Positions 11,701-25,094 of a DNA stretch of 64,000 bases are shown in pieces (the stretch's first letter is position 1; each line of letters begins with the position of its first letter). The notes beneath the pieces were generated by a model that ran no database searches, was not told where the DNA came from, and worked only from the letters and a program-made list of their open reading frames with translations. A program made the position numbers and the translations under genes. The DNA comes from Podospora anserina (Eukaryota), in contig CM030332.1 of NCBI GenBank assembly GCA_017654855.1, positions 2,108,001 through 2,172,000 of the forward strand, written 5' to 3'.

Positions 11701-14700
11701 CGCCCCAGAGTAGGCCGAGCCCAAAGGTTCCATCGATAGGTGCCGTATGGGGCTCGAAAATAGATCAGATGCCCAGCATGAAGCTGAAAGTCCCAAGGCG
11801 CCTTCACAACTTGTTCTGGCCGGCCACGGTTGACCTGGAGTCCTGTCCCGCCCGAAATACCAAGTAGAGCCGGCAGGCAAGATCCCCAGCAGACAAGACC
11901 CACGGCAAACAACACCGCAAAGCAAGAAAACTGCATACCATTGGGGAGACGGCCGGACCGAACGATCCAGATCGAACCAAGAACGGGTGGCGTCCTGGAA
12001 TCACGGAGAGGAGATCAGCCTGAACAAGCCCCCTCGTATACAGCAAGATCAAACCGGTTCAGTTGGCAGCACTTCCTGAAGAGAGGTGGGTATACACAGG
12101 GAGCACAGCAAACTGGAAGCTTTGGAAGCTGGTCCTCTGCATGACTTACATCTGCATGACTTACCGCTGACCCAACACTGACATAACCTAGGGACAGAGA
12201 AAACAGGCTCTCGGCAATCCAAAATCTACTAACACAATGCCCATAGATTTCGCCAGCCAGTTCATGGTGCCATGTCGATCCCTTTTGAGTCCGTACCGCC
12301 GTCGAGCACGTCACGACAAACACTATTCACGGTACTCTCCTCGTGGACCAAGGACCGCTTCGCCACCCGTTCGCGAGACGATCTCGCGGGGAAAGCTAGG
12401 CAAGATACCAGAGGTTCACATCATGCTGAGCAGGTCTAATCTTGACGTTGAGACTCGGCGTTGTTGCTCCAAACGATTTGGTCCTCAAGGTTTGGCCAGC
12501 CTGGTTCTCCGTAGTCAGTTACGCTTATGTTAGTTCGAGACCGCTGGGACGTTTAACATTGTGCCTCGTGAGGAAAGCATGGCGTATACAAGTACTGCAT
12601 GCTGGCTCCAGAAATATCCGGTCCGGGGTCAGGAATAAGGTTGGAGCTGTCTTCCTGGTTATGGTCTCGGCGAACTGTCGAGGTCTCTGGTAGGGCAGGT
12701 TAGTAAGGATCATCGTACTGAGGGTGTAATTGTCTTGATAAACTGTAGTTTTCGAAAGACTTTGAGCAAGTAATCATCTAGAGAATGACTGATTCGTTTA
12801 GGTATTGCTCTGGTTGCTCTTTGCCCCATATATTACTATGGACCTGCTCCAAGTCCTGCTCTGCACATTGCTCCTGGTGGGGAATAGGAGCAAGCAGAGC
12901 GTATGTACCAGTGAAACTAATAATACTAGTTCAAATACCATAGACAGACGTCAGACGTATGTGGTCAGCAAAGAGCAGCACAGGTTGGATAATATAACTG
13001 CGATCTGTCTTGTGAAACAAATGCCTTCAAGGGGTTGCAAACTTATGCGGTAAGAGTGCACCATAGAACCTTAACTCCTCAACATGGAGGCGTGCCATGG
13101 ATCTCACGCCTGTGTATCAAGACATCAACCATTTATAAGTCGGGCACACCAGCTAAAACTAGAACGACAGCATGATATCTAATCCAGAGGATGAGTCACG
13201 CAAAAGATGGAGACAATCCCACATGTTGAGGCTGGTATTGAACAAACACCTCAAGGTGGTCCGCTATGAAGCCCCCGGGATCAACTCGAGAGGTGGCTGT
13301 GAAGCCATATCCCCACCGACTTGCCAAGAGCTGAAGATAGTGGAGAACATCTGCCGAAGAGGCTTGACGGCTGCCGGTGATCCCGGCGATGGCGCACAGA
13401 AGAGGCCAACTACGGAGTTGATAGCAGAGCCAAGTACCAAAATTGATCTTGGGTCGGGAGTCAGGCCGTTGGAAATGCCATGGGGTGACAGTCTGTGATC
13501 TAGGGGCACACAACCATGGATGACAACACCACCTCAGGAGAGCTTGTCCAGATGTCCAGAGATAGACAGCCCAGTAACCGGGACATGACTCTTCCCAGAG
13601 GCGCTGCTCACATGCAGGCGCAAGGCTTGCGTAAACGGGCGGGGGCACGGCTCCTCGATGCGACCTCGGGCTTGCTGTGGAAGCCGAGCACTGGGCGATG
13701 GACGGCAAACCTATTGACGGGTCTTGATTCGTTGATCCAGCAATGCAGGTGATCGCAAAGGGGGCGTTTTCTGTCTTGCAGGTTTGTCACCCGCCAGGGC
13801 TTAACCCGACGAGGAAAGGTATGGGATAGTATATACATACAACTCGTCAGACCAGACACTCGGGCCCAGTATCGTCGTCAGAGTCGAGCCCCGAGTCCTA
13901 CGGATGTCTCGTGATGAGGTGTTTCTGGGACGGGGGGCGAGGGCCAGTGATGGTTGGGTGACGTTGACAAAGAAAACCGAGCTTTGTGCGCAAAAAAGGG
14001 CTTGTGGGCTGGCGGGCTGGCTGACGAGAGAGAGCTCTCGGGCTTTTGCAGGGAGGCCCCCTAAAAATGGAAGAATTCCACGGCTTCCAGTCCGTGCGGT
14101 CCCGGAAGCGCATCCCTGTCGAGAAGGCGGACCACCGGATCGACAAGAAGGACGATATGTATGAGAGCTGTTACGTACCTGCATACAGCTCAAGGTCGGT
14201 AGATGACCCAGCTGGCTGTAGGAAGGAGTGAACTGCTGAGACGCCTCTTCTGCCACATGTGTTCCTTGTGACGGCGGCTGCCACTGTCTTCTTTTTATGG
14301 CCGCCTAGGGCTGCGGCGCAGAGACCAGATGCGCGCTACTGAGATCTGGGGAAGGTTGCAGCGCCGACGATCGCCTTCAGTGGTGGGCAGAAGTGGCAGG
14401 CAGCGTGGAAATTCCCGTTTGGAAAAAAAAAAAAAACACAGCAGGCGGGGCCAGTCAGGGTTTCAGGGCAGTCCTTGTCCTTCTGCTGTCATCAACAAGA
14501 CGAGCCATGGAAGCTGATCCTTGTCGAGCGTACAAGAAGCTGGGAAACTTCACAATGTTACACTTGTGCCTCTTTGAAACCCAACCCTCGCACCGCGTCT
14601 AGAATTCCTAACTTGTCCCCATATGTTTCGATCATCAACGGAAGCTCTTGGTATATGGGCTGCGCTGGGCAAACCGTTTGGGCTGGCGATACCTTAGTCA

Positions 14701-17700
14701 CACGCCCCCCGGCGGGCTGGCGGGCTGCATGCAAACATCCTCGCATCTTGGGGGCATCGTCGTGGTTGTTGGGGAATGTAGGTAGGCTTGCGGTAGTGTA
14801 GGGGGTGGTTCCGTCACCGGTGTTTGCCTGCCCACTCAGTTTTAGCTATGGGCAAAGCGAGTCAACTTTAGTCTTCGTTCCATCGGATGCTGTTGCTAGG
14901 TGCTGCCCGCCCCAGTGAAGTCTGTCTTGGAATACGGGGTGGGTGTTATCTGCCGAGGGGCGGGGTGGCTTGTTGAGAGTTTTCACCGTCAAGACGCTAT
15001 CTTTACGGAGACAATGAATTGTTTGTTGAGGAAGCATCCATTTGATATCGATGAGGCAGAGAGAGGCCGACGGAGGTGCGGGTTAGTGGTGGTGATGGCT
15101 GTTCGGCAGGGGAGTGGCTGGCAGGGCAAGCGGGAACTGACGCGGGCATTGCGCCTGGTGTGGGTGCTTCGTCGGTGCTTGGGTGGTGCTTGGGTCGGCC
15201 GTTTTTGGCTTTTCCCCACCAGTCCACTGAAATTCTCTCTCTTCAAGCTCCTCAAGCCCTCCACTCTGGCGTTTCCCAGTTTTTTTGCTTTCCTTTTGCT
15301 TCGCACACGGTCCACATCTTCTGGCTTTCCTTCTTCTTACTTTACGCTCTGCTTCGCCGCCGCGTGTGATTGCTTCTTACCCTTTTCCTTCTCCTTGCTC
15401 TCGGTCCCGCTATCAGAAACAGTAACGACACACTCCGTCGAAACATATTTCGCTGCTTTTGTTGGCTTTGCCCTTTTTGTTATCAGTCACCGTACAGTAC
15501 GATCCTAGCTCTGCCCTCTCCCTTCCCTTGCCTCCCGAACGCTGTCACGTCCGATATCGACTCGATACGACTTACGCCGTCCTCCTTGACTGCTTCACTG
15601 CGAGTTAAGAGCCTTGTTCAATTCTCCTTGTTGCCTGGTGCCGCTCCTCGAGTAAGTTGTGACTTTTTTTTCATTCTTGGCGTTGGTGTTCTTTTTGCAT
15701 GCGCGGGCCTTCCCTCTTTTTTTGGTGACTCTTGCGTGGACTGGACGGGACAATGGACTGGAATTGCGTGGATGGGCGATGTGTGTGTGAATTGGACATG
15801 GACTGGAAGATGGGAGAAGATGGACGCCGAACCGTCGATATCCCTTATTTAACCTCGACTACCCCTCGATTGCCCCTCTTGACGTCGCCGCGCCTTCGAC
15901 CCCCACTCCCGCCGACGATGACTTTTTGAACCACTCCCGACACCGCGAGCCGTAAACATCCTCCCGAGCCTGGAAACTCCATGCCCTTCGCCCTTCTCCG
16001 TTGTGTGATTGACCGGTCCAATTTTATGGTCTATCCCAATGGAAGCATGCGTGCGTCTCCCCACATAGGTTGTGGCGGGGTATTGTAGAAGGAAAGGGTT
16101 CGGCGCACCGCTCGCTTGCTTTGTCTAGTCTGGTTCAGTCGATTGTCATGATGCTCTATGCCCCACGTTCAGTTATGGCCCATACTATGTATGGCCTGCC
16201 AATTGGGAGTTGGAGCGTTGTGGACGGCTGCGAAATTCAAGACTACAGGCTGGTAGGGTGGTGTCAGCCATGGGTCCCATACGCGCCACCTTGGAAAAAG
16301 CCGGAGAAGTTAGATTTCCGAGTTCACTGTCTGGATGGTGTTTGACTCAGTCTAGTGCTGGAACTCTGTCCTGGTCTGCGGCGGTCGATTGGGGATCTGT
16401 TTGCTGGGGAGCGCAGCAGTTAAAGCTTTCGGGCTCCCGCGCAAGCTTCAGCAAGACTGTAAACTGCGTTATACGTATTGATGGCTAACAGAACAACAAG
16501 GTTTTTATCTTTCGGAGTCTTTCCGGTAGTCTCAATTCTCGACTTTCTGTCCTGGCGTGAGGAGTCTTCGCAAACATTTCATAGGTATGCTGACTATTCC
16601 CTTGTGCTTGTTATTTCTCCCTTTTATGCTTGTGGTGGTTTGGGCTTGGTAAAGATACGCTGTGGATCTCGTTTGCTGTCTTCTGGTACGCGCTGTGGTT
16701 CTGCGTGATCTTCTTTGGTATGGTTTTCAGGGGTCCGCTGGACAAGTGAAAGGTGTTTAGGAACGCTTGGTTTGGGGATTTGGTGTGGGCAAACTCGGGC
16801 GAAATTCATCTGCTTCATGATTCTTCGATGTCTACCACCGCCATAAATCATCTTGGAGGGAAAAGGCAATACCGGCCAGCACGGAGCACTCCCCCGCGAC
16901 GGCTGCTATTCGACAACTGCTACCTTCTCACCCGGCTTCCCGATCGTGTCTATCGCTTCCTCTCGCACTGCCATCTCGTTATGTGGAGGTTGGACTCGGT
17001 GTTGAGGCAGCTTCGGTGTGACGGTTTAGTGTTGGGACGAGGTCAGCAAAATATCATGTTTGCAATCAGCGGCATGCCAATAGGGGCCCCAACCTACTGT
17101 TTAGTGGTTGCATGGACTGGGTGGTTTTCCATGACCAGGAAACAGAGAGTTGGTGTCAAGTTGTCCGGTTTTGCGGTGGACGAAGAGTTTTGAATCCGGC
17201 GAGGCTTCGATCAACTTACGAATCAACACCATCTCAGCGCTGAGAGCTTCATGCTACCCTTTCACTGCCAACGAAATCAGCATCGGTGGATTTCAAGACG
17301 TCCTACAATTCGTTTCGACATGTTGACTCCGGATGCTTGGTTACCAGCCTCATAGCTATACTCTCATATGCCCGAGGATCGCTTCTCCCCGGTCGTTTGA
17401 TCCTGGTTCTGGTAACGCTCTCTCACGTTGGCCTCCGGCACCATCTGCTATGGTCGAGAAACAAAAGCCTGTCTTCTGTCGCACTCGCCGAGCTTTGGTA
17501 TGCTTACGCTCGATGGTTCATTCGGCTACTCGCAACCTGCCTCCGTGAATCACCTATTCCAGGAACTTGGACTTCTCACCTCGACCACATTCTAGTTGCT
17601 TTTGGCTCTGGTTCTCGGTCTAGTTGCCCTCGCTCTAGTTGTGGCTAGTGGTGGTCGCTCATATCACTAGTTACAGCCACTATTCGGTTTTGGTGTCCAG

Positions 17701-18249
17701 TCTTGACCCGCATAGTGCTGGCACTATGCGTTGCACGAGCGAATCTCTTACCGCGGCTTTGCGATCTCCAAAGTCTGGGAAAGTGCACCCGGCATTGGGC
17801 CTCTCTTCTTCTGATGCGGTGCTGAATTTGGGACAACCCTGGCTCTCGGAGGGATTCAAGATCTAATTTCGGCATCTGTCAGCGTCGAAGATCTGGTTTT
17901 CCGAATAGCTCAAGCCAGACCTCGTCTTATGGCGAATGGTCAGGGAGCTGTGACGGCGAGGAATGGGCTGAGGTTATGACGGGCTGCACAAGATGCGTAC
18001 CTCGGAGCTTGAGCTGGGAGGGAGCTGGAGCCATATGGTGGTTTAGCTAGGACCAGCAACTGTTTCCAGGGAACGCGGTAGTAGGGGCAGTCGATATATG
18101 GAATACCTGGAACGAGAGCGAGAGGGGTTATTGCTGAGCTGTGCGAGAATAGCTTCCTGAAGCACCAAGACTTGGGGAGCTGTTCTTCAATGCTTTTGCT
18201 GTACGGCTATAACCTTGGTGTGGCTAGCTGAAGTCAAGGAAGGTGTCCT

Positions 18250-19650
18250 TCAGGGGTAAGATCTTTCGCGGCTCACCGGCAACCGTTTCATGGTCCGCAC
18301 ATCATCGCCGTCGCTCTCGTCGCCTTCGTCGGTCTCGTCCACTTGCCCAATGTCGTCACAAATCTGACAGTCGTCATCATCGTCACCGTTGTCACTGTCG
18401 TTGGCATCGAGACAAGCATCGCACGCCACTCTTCAGGTCGTCTCTTCGCCGTCTTCGCGGTGTGGACGTTTCTCGCCGTTTCGGTGGTTTCCGCGGTGCT
18501 GGTGGTCTCACTGTACTTGGTGGTCTCGGTGGTGTTATGGTCATCCACGAGTCCTCGTGGTCTTGCTTCTTGTGGCCTCACCCTTCGTGGTTCTGGCACT
18601 AGTGGTTCTGGCACTTGGCTATGGCTCTCACGCTTCTGGCTCTCGTGGATCTGGCTCTCCTGGTCTTGGTTGTTATGGCCTGGAGTCTTGTCGAGCCTGT
18701 TCTGGTCTTGGTCCTTGCTGAAGGCGTTGCTGTGGCCGTTTGTGGAGCTGCTTTGTGTTGGTGGTACTCGCGGTGCTCTCGTGGTCGTCGTGGTGGTCTT
18801 TGAGTTCATCGTCGGACCGAGTCTCATGGTGCCGGTTCTCTTGGTTGAGGCTATTATGCTGGCACCTCTCATGCGACCCTTGTGGTGGTGATGATGCACC
18901 ACGCTGCCGTCGTCGCTACTGCTACAGCCTCTGTGGCTGTTGTTCGGCATCGTCGTCACAGTAACAACTGCCTCAAGGCAGCCTGGACGTCAAATTTCCT
19001 CGGTAGGACTTCATCTCCGATTTGGATCAAGGTCAGGGGTACACATCACCGCCACGGTCGTCGTCCTCTAGTTATGCCTCTAGGACTACACCATCGTCGG
19101 CTACAAGTCATACTCTTTCCTCCATGGCCTTCTGAGTCCTCCTAGCAAGGAGTCTCTTCGTCGCTCTCGATCTCCTCACTGCTAGACACCATGGGTCAGG
19201 CTGATCATCTTGTCTTCGATTTCTTGGAGCCCATCTGCCTTACTCATGTCTGTCCATTGTATTGCTGGATTTTCGAGTCTGTTCCAGCCTAGCCGATGTC
19301 GTCAGCTGCCCTAGAGATATCCGCCCATTCCTCTTTCAGTCTCGCTTCTTACTATCAGCGTTCCTGCGGGAGCTGCCCGGCTACGACCTCCGGTCCCTCT
19401 CTGCTCTGTCCGAGAACCTGTACAGGTCCTTGATGGATACTTGTTGGCTTCGGTTTCGGCTTCTGGTGGGTTCGGGATGCTTCGCATGGACACAGAAGGG
19501 CGCGACAAAGCGAGACAAACTCTCTGTTGGCTGGGCACTCAGGAGACTGTCTAGAGAGTTTTTGGGCATACTGTCCAGGGGGTAGATGGACGTGGTGGTG
19601 GTTGACGTTGAGCGGACACACCTTTGGAGGATCAAGGCTATCATGAAGGC
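18250..19650 (-). pseudogene. Decayed low-complexity coding relic (acidic tract with two CxxC motifs, Thr/Gln/Arg-rich repeats)
   Basis: One minus frame reads VACDACLDANDSDNGDDDDDCQICDDIGQVDETDEGDESDGDD but is interrupted by stops. Flanking sequence has strong triplet periodicity with stops or frame changes in all frames. Boundaries approximate. Confidence 0.4.
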
Positions 19651-20273
19651 ATCAGCGTAGCACCACAGCTTGTATATGGGAGGGGTGTAACATCTTGGGA
19701 GGCACGGCCAAAGGCATATGCTAACATAAGGCTCAACAGGGTTGTCTGATCATCTTCAGGGTCTTTCGTACCTTCAGCGGCTTTTCTAATCTTCCTTCGA
19801 CTACAGTCCTAGGTAGGTCAACGCTCTCCTGGCTTCGTATTGCCAGTTCTCCGGTCCCTCTACGTCACCTCCCTCGCCTGGACTACCCGCCTAGCAAGCG
19901 GTCACAGTCCGTAACCTTCGACCACACCGTGTTCTGCCAGTAGCCACCCCCAGACCTGACCACACCGCCCACCTCTCACCTTCTGCCCTTATTCATCTTG
20001 TTTATTCTTTCGTTCTTTCCTCCCAGCCTGCCTTTTCCTCGTCCGAGATTGGCTACTGGTGTGAGGGCCCACCTGCTTTATGCTTTGAATCTTCCGTCCT
20101 TAAATATCCCCCTTCGCTTCAACCTTTCTCTCAAACTTCCCTCTCTTACCGACCTCTCTCACCAACCTCGCTCGCCCTGTTTTCTTCTGCTCTTTTCTCC
20201 CCCAGCTGGGCCTCAAATCATCTAACACTTCGCGTGTTTGCAACAGGAATCGCTTCGACTCACAACCACTTTA

Positions 20274-20815
20274 GTAAGTCTATTTGTTTTGTTTTCGTAC
20301 CTCACTGTCATCCACCCCGGTGAGCCGCAATAGGTTTGCCTGCCCACACTTCTTTCACGACTTCCTCTCCCATTCTCAGGTGTCCTACTCGTTTTTCTTT
20401 GGTTCATCATCAGGTGTCAGACAGGACCTCGAATCTTTGGCAAGTTAGTCGCGGACTGGAGTCGTGGTTTGTTTACTCATCTCACCCCCATCATATTACA
20501 CCACAGCAAATATTCCCACATTTACGACGCTGAGTTGCCATTTTGTGCTCATTCAACGAGGACTTATCTCGCGAACTAGTGGTTCTGGCGAGACTTTGGC
20601 TCTTAACCTTGAACGCTCTCATTCTATTCACTTTCACTCCAACTTCGCTCTCGGTTTGAGTTTTTTTCTCACTGGAACGTGGAGTCGACACGTGACAGGA
20701 GTTCCACTTTGTTTTTTCTTGCTCCTAAACCTCTCGCTTTTACCTACCGCCTAACAGCCAGTCTTGCCTTCGCCTTTCTCGTCTCTACCCGTTTGCTAAC
20801 GATCTTTGGATGCAG
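20274..20815 (+). other. Probable 5'-UTR intron of the NAM8/NGR1-like gene
   Basis: GTAAGT donor at 20274 after a pyrimidine-rich leader; GCTAAC branch at about 20795 and TGCAG acceptor ending at 20815, 18 nt before the ATG. Confidence 0.6.
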
Positions 20816-20833
20816 CCTTCGCCTACAATCAAA

Positions 20834-22308
20834 ATGGCCGACTACCCTGCCGCTGGTGTTACCGGTGCGCCCGGCAACGGGCCCAACGTCAACGGCTCTG
20901 GTGACCCTGGGTTCGCGTCTCCCTCCCAGATGCCCGCCCCCAGCGAGGCGGCGAAGACTCTGTGGTAGGTTACCTCTCTTCGATCTCGCGGACGTAACTA
21001 ACTTGCTGGCCAGGATGGGTGAGATGGAGCCCTGGATGGATGAAAACTTCATCAAGAATGTTTTTAGCAACACCTCGGCCGAGAATGTCCAGGTGAAGGT
21101 CATTCGTGACCGCAACTCTGGGTAAGTTGCAATGTCCTTTGTGTGTGATTTTACTGTGTGCTAACTGTCTTAGCAATGCTGGCTACTGCTTTGTGGAGTT
21201 CTCGACCCCTGAGGCTGCCCAGAAGGCCCTCGCCTTGAATGGCACTCCCGTTCCCAACAGCCAACGGGTTTTTAAGCTCAACTGGGCTAGTGGTGGTGGC
21301 TTGGTCGATCGTCGGTATGTTGACATCTCTCCATCTCACGTTTAACCATGCTGACACAACTTAGTGATGACCGCGGACCTGAGTACTCTATTTTCGTCGG
21401 TGACCTTGGCCCTGAGGTCAACGAGTTCGTCTTGGTTTCTCTTTTCCAGAGCCGCTTCCCCTCTTGCAAGTCCGCCAAGATCATGACCGACGCCATGACC
21501 GGCCAGTCGCGCGGTTACGGCTTCGTTCGCTTCAGCGACGAGAGCGACCAGCAGCGTGCCTTGGTCGAGATGCAGGGTGTTTACTGTGGCAACCGTCCCA
21601 TGCGCATCTCTACTGCCACCCCCAAGACTCGGTATGTAACATGTTCTCTTCTCCAGTCTTTCCAGTCTCTAACTGACTTGTAGCAGCTCTAACCAGTACG
21701 GTCATGCCCAGGGTGGCAACCAGATGATGCCCCCTGTCCCCGGCGCCCAGGCCCCTATGTGGGGTGGTGTCCCTCCCTACGGCTACGCCCAACCCGCTGC
21801 CCCTTTTAATCCTATGCAGCCCATGAATCAGTTCACCGACCCGAACAACACCACCGTCTTCGTCGGTGGTCTCTCCGGCTACGTCACTGAAGACGAGCTT
21901 CGCTCGTTCTTCCAAGGCTTTGGTGAAATCACCTACGTCAAGATCCCTCCTGGAAAGGGCTGCGGTTTTGTCCAATTCGTCCATCGCCACGCCGCGGAGA
22001 TGGCAATTAATCAGATGCAAGGTTACCCGATCGGTAATTCTCGCGTCCGCCTCTCTTGGGGCCGTTCTCAGAACAACTCTGGTGTAGGCACTCCTTATCG
22101 CCCTGCCCCGCCCCCTCCTCACTATCTTGCTGCCGCTGGCATGCCTCCCCACGCCGGTCCTGGTGGCGCTTACGGCGGACCTGCTGGTCCCTACGGTGGC
22201 AACCCTCCCCAGGGTCCTCCTCCCTCTGGTGGTCCCATGCAGGTATGTCTTATGGCTGTCTGAACAATATCCTTCCATTTGAGTCTTTGCTAACACTTTT
22301 GACAGTAA
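20834..22308 (+). CDS. NAM8: Three-RRM RNA-binding protein, NAM8/NGR1 (TRNAU1AP/RBP45-47) family; exons 20834-20964, 21014-21121, 21174-21314, 21365-21631, 21684-22242, 22306-22308
   Basis: RRM1 KTLWMGEMEPWMDENFI...NAGYCFVEF...FKLNWASGG; RRM2 EYSIFVGDLGPEV...SRGYGFVRF...GNRPMRISTA; RRM3 FTDPNNTTVFVGGL...KIPPGKGCGFVQF...RVRLSWGR. All introns are GT-AG with CTAAC/CTGAC branches. NAM8 versus NGR1 orthology cannot be resolved by eye. Confidence 0.9.
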
Positions 22309-25094
22309 CTTTTCTCTGAATCCGCTTACTCAGTCCTTCATCGCGTGGCGTTTTGGGTGGCGTACGGGAGACGAAAAGCACAAAGAAGGTTGATATTCTG
22401 CAAGTTGATCGCAATTCTTCTTCACGCCTCCACTTCGGTTGATCTGTTCGGCATTGCTCGGCGTTCTGGTCTCTACTGTCGTTTGCTTTGCTTTGATCGC
22501 GTTTCTGGGCATGCTTATGACACATGGGGCGCGTGAGCGGAAGGGAAATGAAATGGAAATGGCTTCTTTCGAGTCTGTTTTCTCTTTTCGTTCTGAGTTG
22601 TCTCTTTTCTGTTTTTCTTTTACTCTCTTTCTGCGAAGTCTTTCAGCGGCTATCCAGCAGTTTAGCCCAAGGTGGAAGGGGGGAAGGGCGGTATTTCTTC
22701 AGAACTCTCTTTGGAGATTTATCATCTTCATTAGGATTTCATTCTAGGGTGATATTCCCCCACCACAGCCTCTTTGTTTTTTCTTTCAACTCATGGATAT
22801 GGGAAAAAGATGGACTGGTATACTCTTTTACTGGTTTTCTTTCTTTGCTCTTTTCTGCGAGGGGAACTGGAGAGAAAAAAGTTGAGGGGGGACTTGGGTC
22901 GATTGATTTGGGGCATCTTTGTCCTTGACTGGCTGCTTATGGATTCCGTTTTATTAGCAAGAGAGACTCTGATAACTTTTTGTTTTTTCTGCAATTGACA
23001 TTCGGTCATAAGCTGCTTTTGATATTTTGCTTGCGTGTTTTGTGAGTGCTTTTGCTTGATGCTTGTGTGCACGTGCCTTTGCGTTGTGTCTTAGGATGTT
23101 TGCGTCCTTTGCGGAGGGTTGGATATCGTCTCGAGAGCATAGCGTGACGGTGTTGGGCGTCTAATGGGATGTCTTGGATTGGGGGAGCTGGAGTCTTGGA
23201 GTGATGGTGTTTTGGTTGATTGCTAGGCCAGGGGGCATTGGCGCCTGTGTTGGAACGACTTTGAAGACTTTGGATAGGGGTGAAGAGCTTTGAAGAGTTT
23301 GGCTGTGACGGGTTGCTCTTCAGCCCTTTGACCCACCGATGACCTCTCAACAAGTTTGGACGAAAGATGATGAACAATCATGGACGAAAACCTCGGTGAT
23401 GAACAGCTTTCGACGAAACCTCATGACGCCTTACGTCTCTCTTTTGGCTTATAATGAAACATGAGCAACACGGAAAAACAGAAGGAACACAACAAAACAA
23501 CAGCAGAACAAAGGTGGATTTAAGCCGGGAGCAGAGAGAGCGTACCAACAAGCAGCAACAACCCGACGTTATTCTGGAAGCAACCGTGCCAAGGAGTGGT
23601 CGACAACCTGGAATATAAGCACGTTGACGATAGGAGTCACCGGGTATCTTGGCAGCAAGTTTGAGCGTGGAGGGTTCAAGATTCGTCTGATCTCGTCGCG
23701 GCTTTTCTTGTCAGGATACCCCCCCATCAGACGACTGGCGTTGTTGGGCTTGCATACTCCCTACCTGTACCCCGTTTGCTGGTAGCATCCTGGTGGATCG
23801 TGGTGCCTGGGAGCCTTTTGGTGATGGCTTCAGCTTCGTTGGTTGATTGGCCTGTTTGGTCTCTTCATGCGGCTATGTTTGTTTTTAGCAAAGGTACTTT
23901 GGATTGCTGGGTGGCTGGATCGGCTTGGTGTTGGTGTTGGTGGTTGTCTGCTAGGGCTGTCATTGATACCACGACCGGAGTGGCTTGGTGGAATTGTGAT
24001 CAACTTGTGGAAGGATTTAGAGTAGATGCACAATAGAAAATATAGAAAGCTCTCTTGCGTGTTTTGACAGATCAGCATGGATTGGATGGTGTTGCTTGGC
24101 TCTGAGACGGGACTGGGACGGGACTGCCGGTCTGGCTGTGTGTCACTGTTGGCATTCCTGGGTTTGATGAGTAACTGGGCCTAATGGCTTTGCTTACCGG
24201 ACCTGATATAGCAACCTTCATTCACGTTGGTGACCGGTAAAGGTAACCGGATGGCAGGGGCAAGAGGGTAGTTCGGGTACACACCAGAAACACGTGGTCG
24301 GTTGTCATGAAGAATATTTGACGGCCATGCTGGGGTCCTAGCTGACTCAAAACGTTGAGGCTATGTGATGACTGACCCAGCTAGGTACCTCTTATTGCAT
24401 CGACATGGAGGGCAAGCTGACACGCCTTGGATAGACCCCAACTGGAGTCGTCCTGTGTCTGTGAAGGACGAAGTCGCTGGGTTGGAGTACATAAGGTATG
24501 GAAGAAACACCTTGTTGCTGATATGCCGCACCATACGATGATCAAGCAGTTGGATACTCGCATTTGCTTGTGTTCTTTCATGTGCTAGCATGTGGACAGG
24601 TAGCCCGGGGGCTGTATCCGTGTTATAAGCAGCCATGAACGCCATTGGCATCCATTCCTTTTCGTACCTCCGGCGGTTAGTATAAGACTTGGAAGTCCCA
24701 TACACTTGAGGTCGGCGAGATGAAACAACTCTGCGTCACTGTTAGCTTTAGACTGACTGGTTACAGGGAGTCTGGCCTGGGTGAACAGAGGCAAAATGAA
24801 AAGACGGGAAAGCAAAGAGGCAAATGAAAACGGCGTGCAACGAAGGCAGAGGCTGTAGGCAACAGGTACGACAATAATGTGATTACGTGTCGGTACATGG
24901 TGCAATCAGACAGGCTTCACGGGTGAGTTGCTACCTGGTATCTAGATAGCCTACGTGGAGAGAATTGTTGGCCTAATAAGAGCGTGGGAAAGAGAATTGG
25001 TGCATGCAATGGTCGTGCCTTTGACAATCAAGGTTGACAAGGTGTTTATAAGTGAGATTCAAGCTATCAACATACTCTAACCCCAGACTCTGCA

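Noticed and set aside
12136-12164. Direct repeat TCTGCATGACTTAC x2
   Set aside because: Simple slippage-type duplication with no associated element.
22243-22263. Intron-retained C-terminus VCLMAV as a CaaX prenylation signal
   Set aside because: The Cys is fifth, not fourth, from the end.
23365-23425. Two box-C-like RTGATGA motifs in a short duplication
   Set aside because: No suitably placed box D (CTGA) or terminal stem, so not supportable as a snoRNA.
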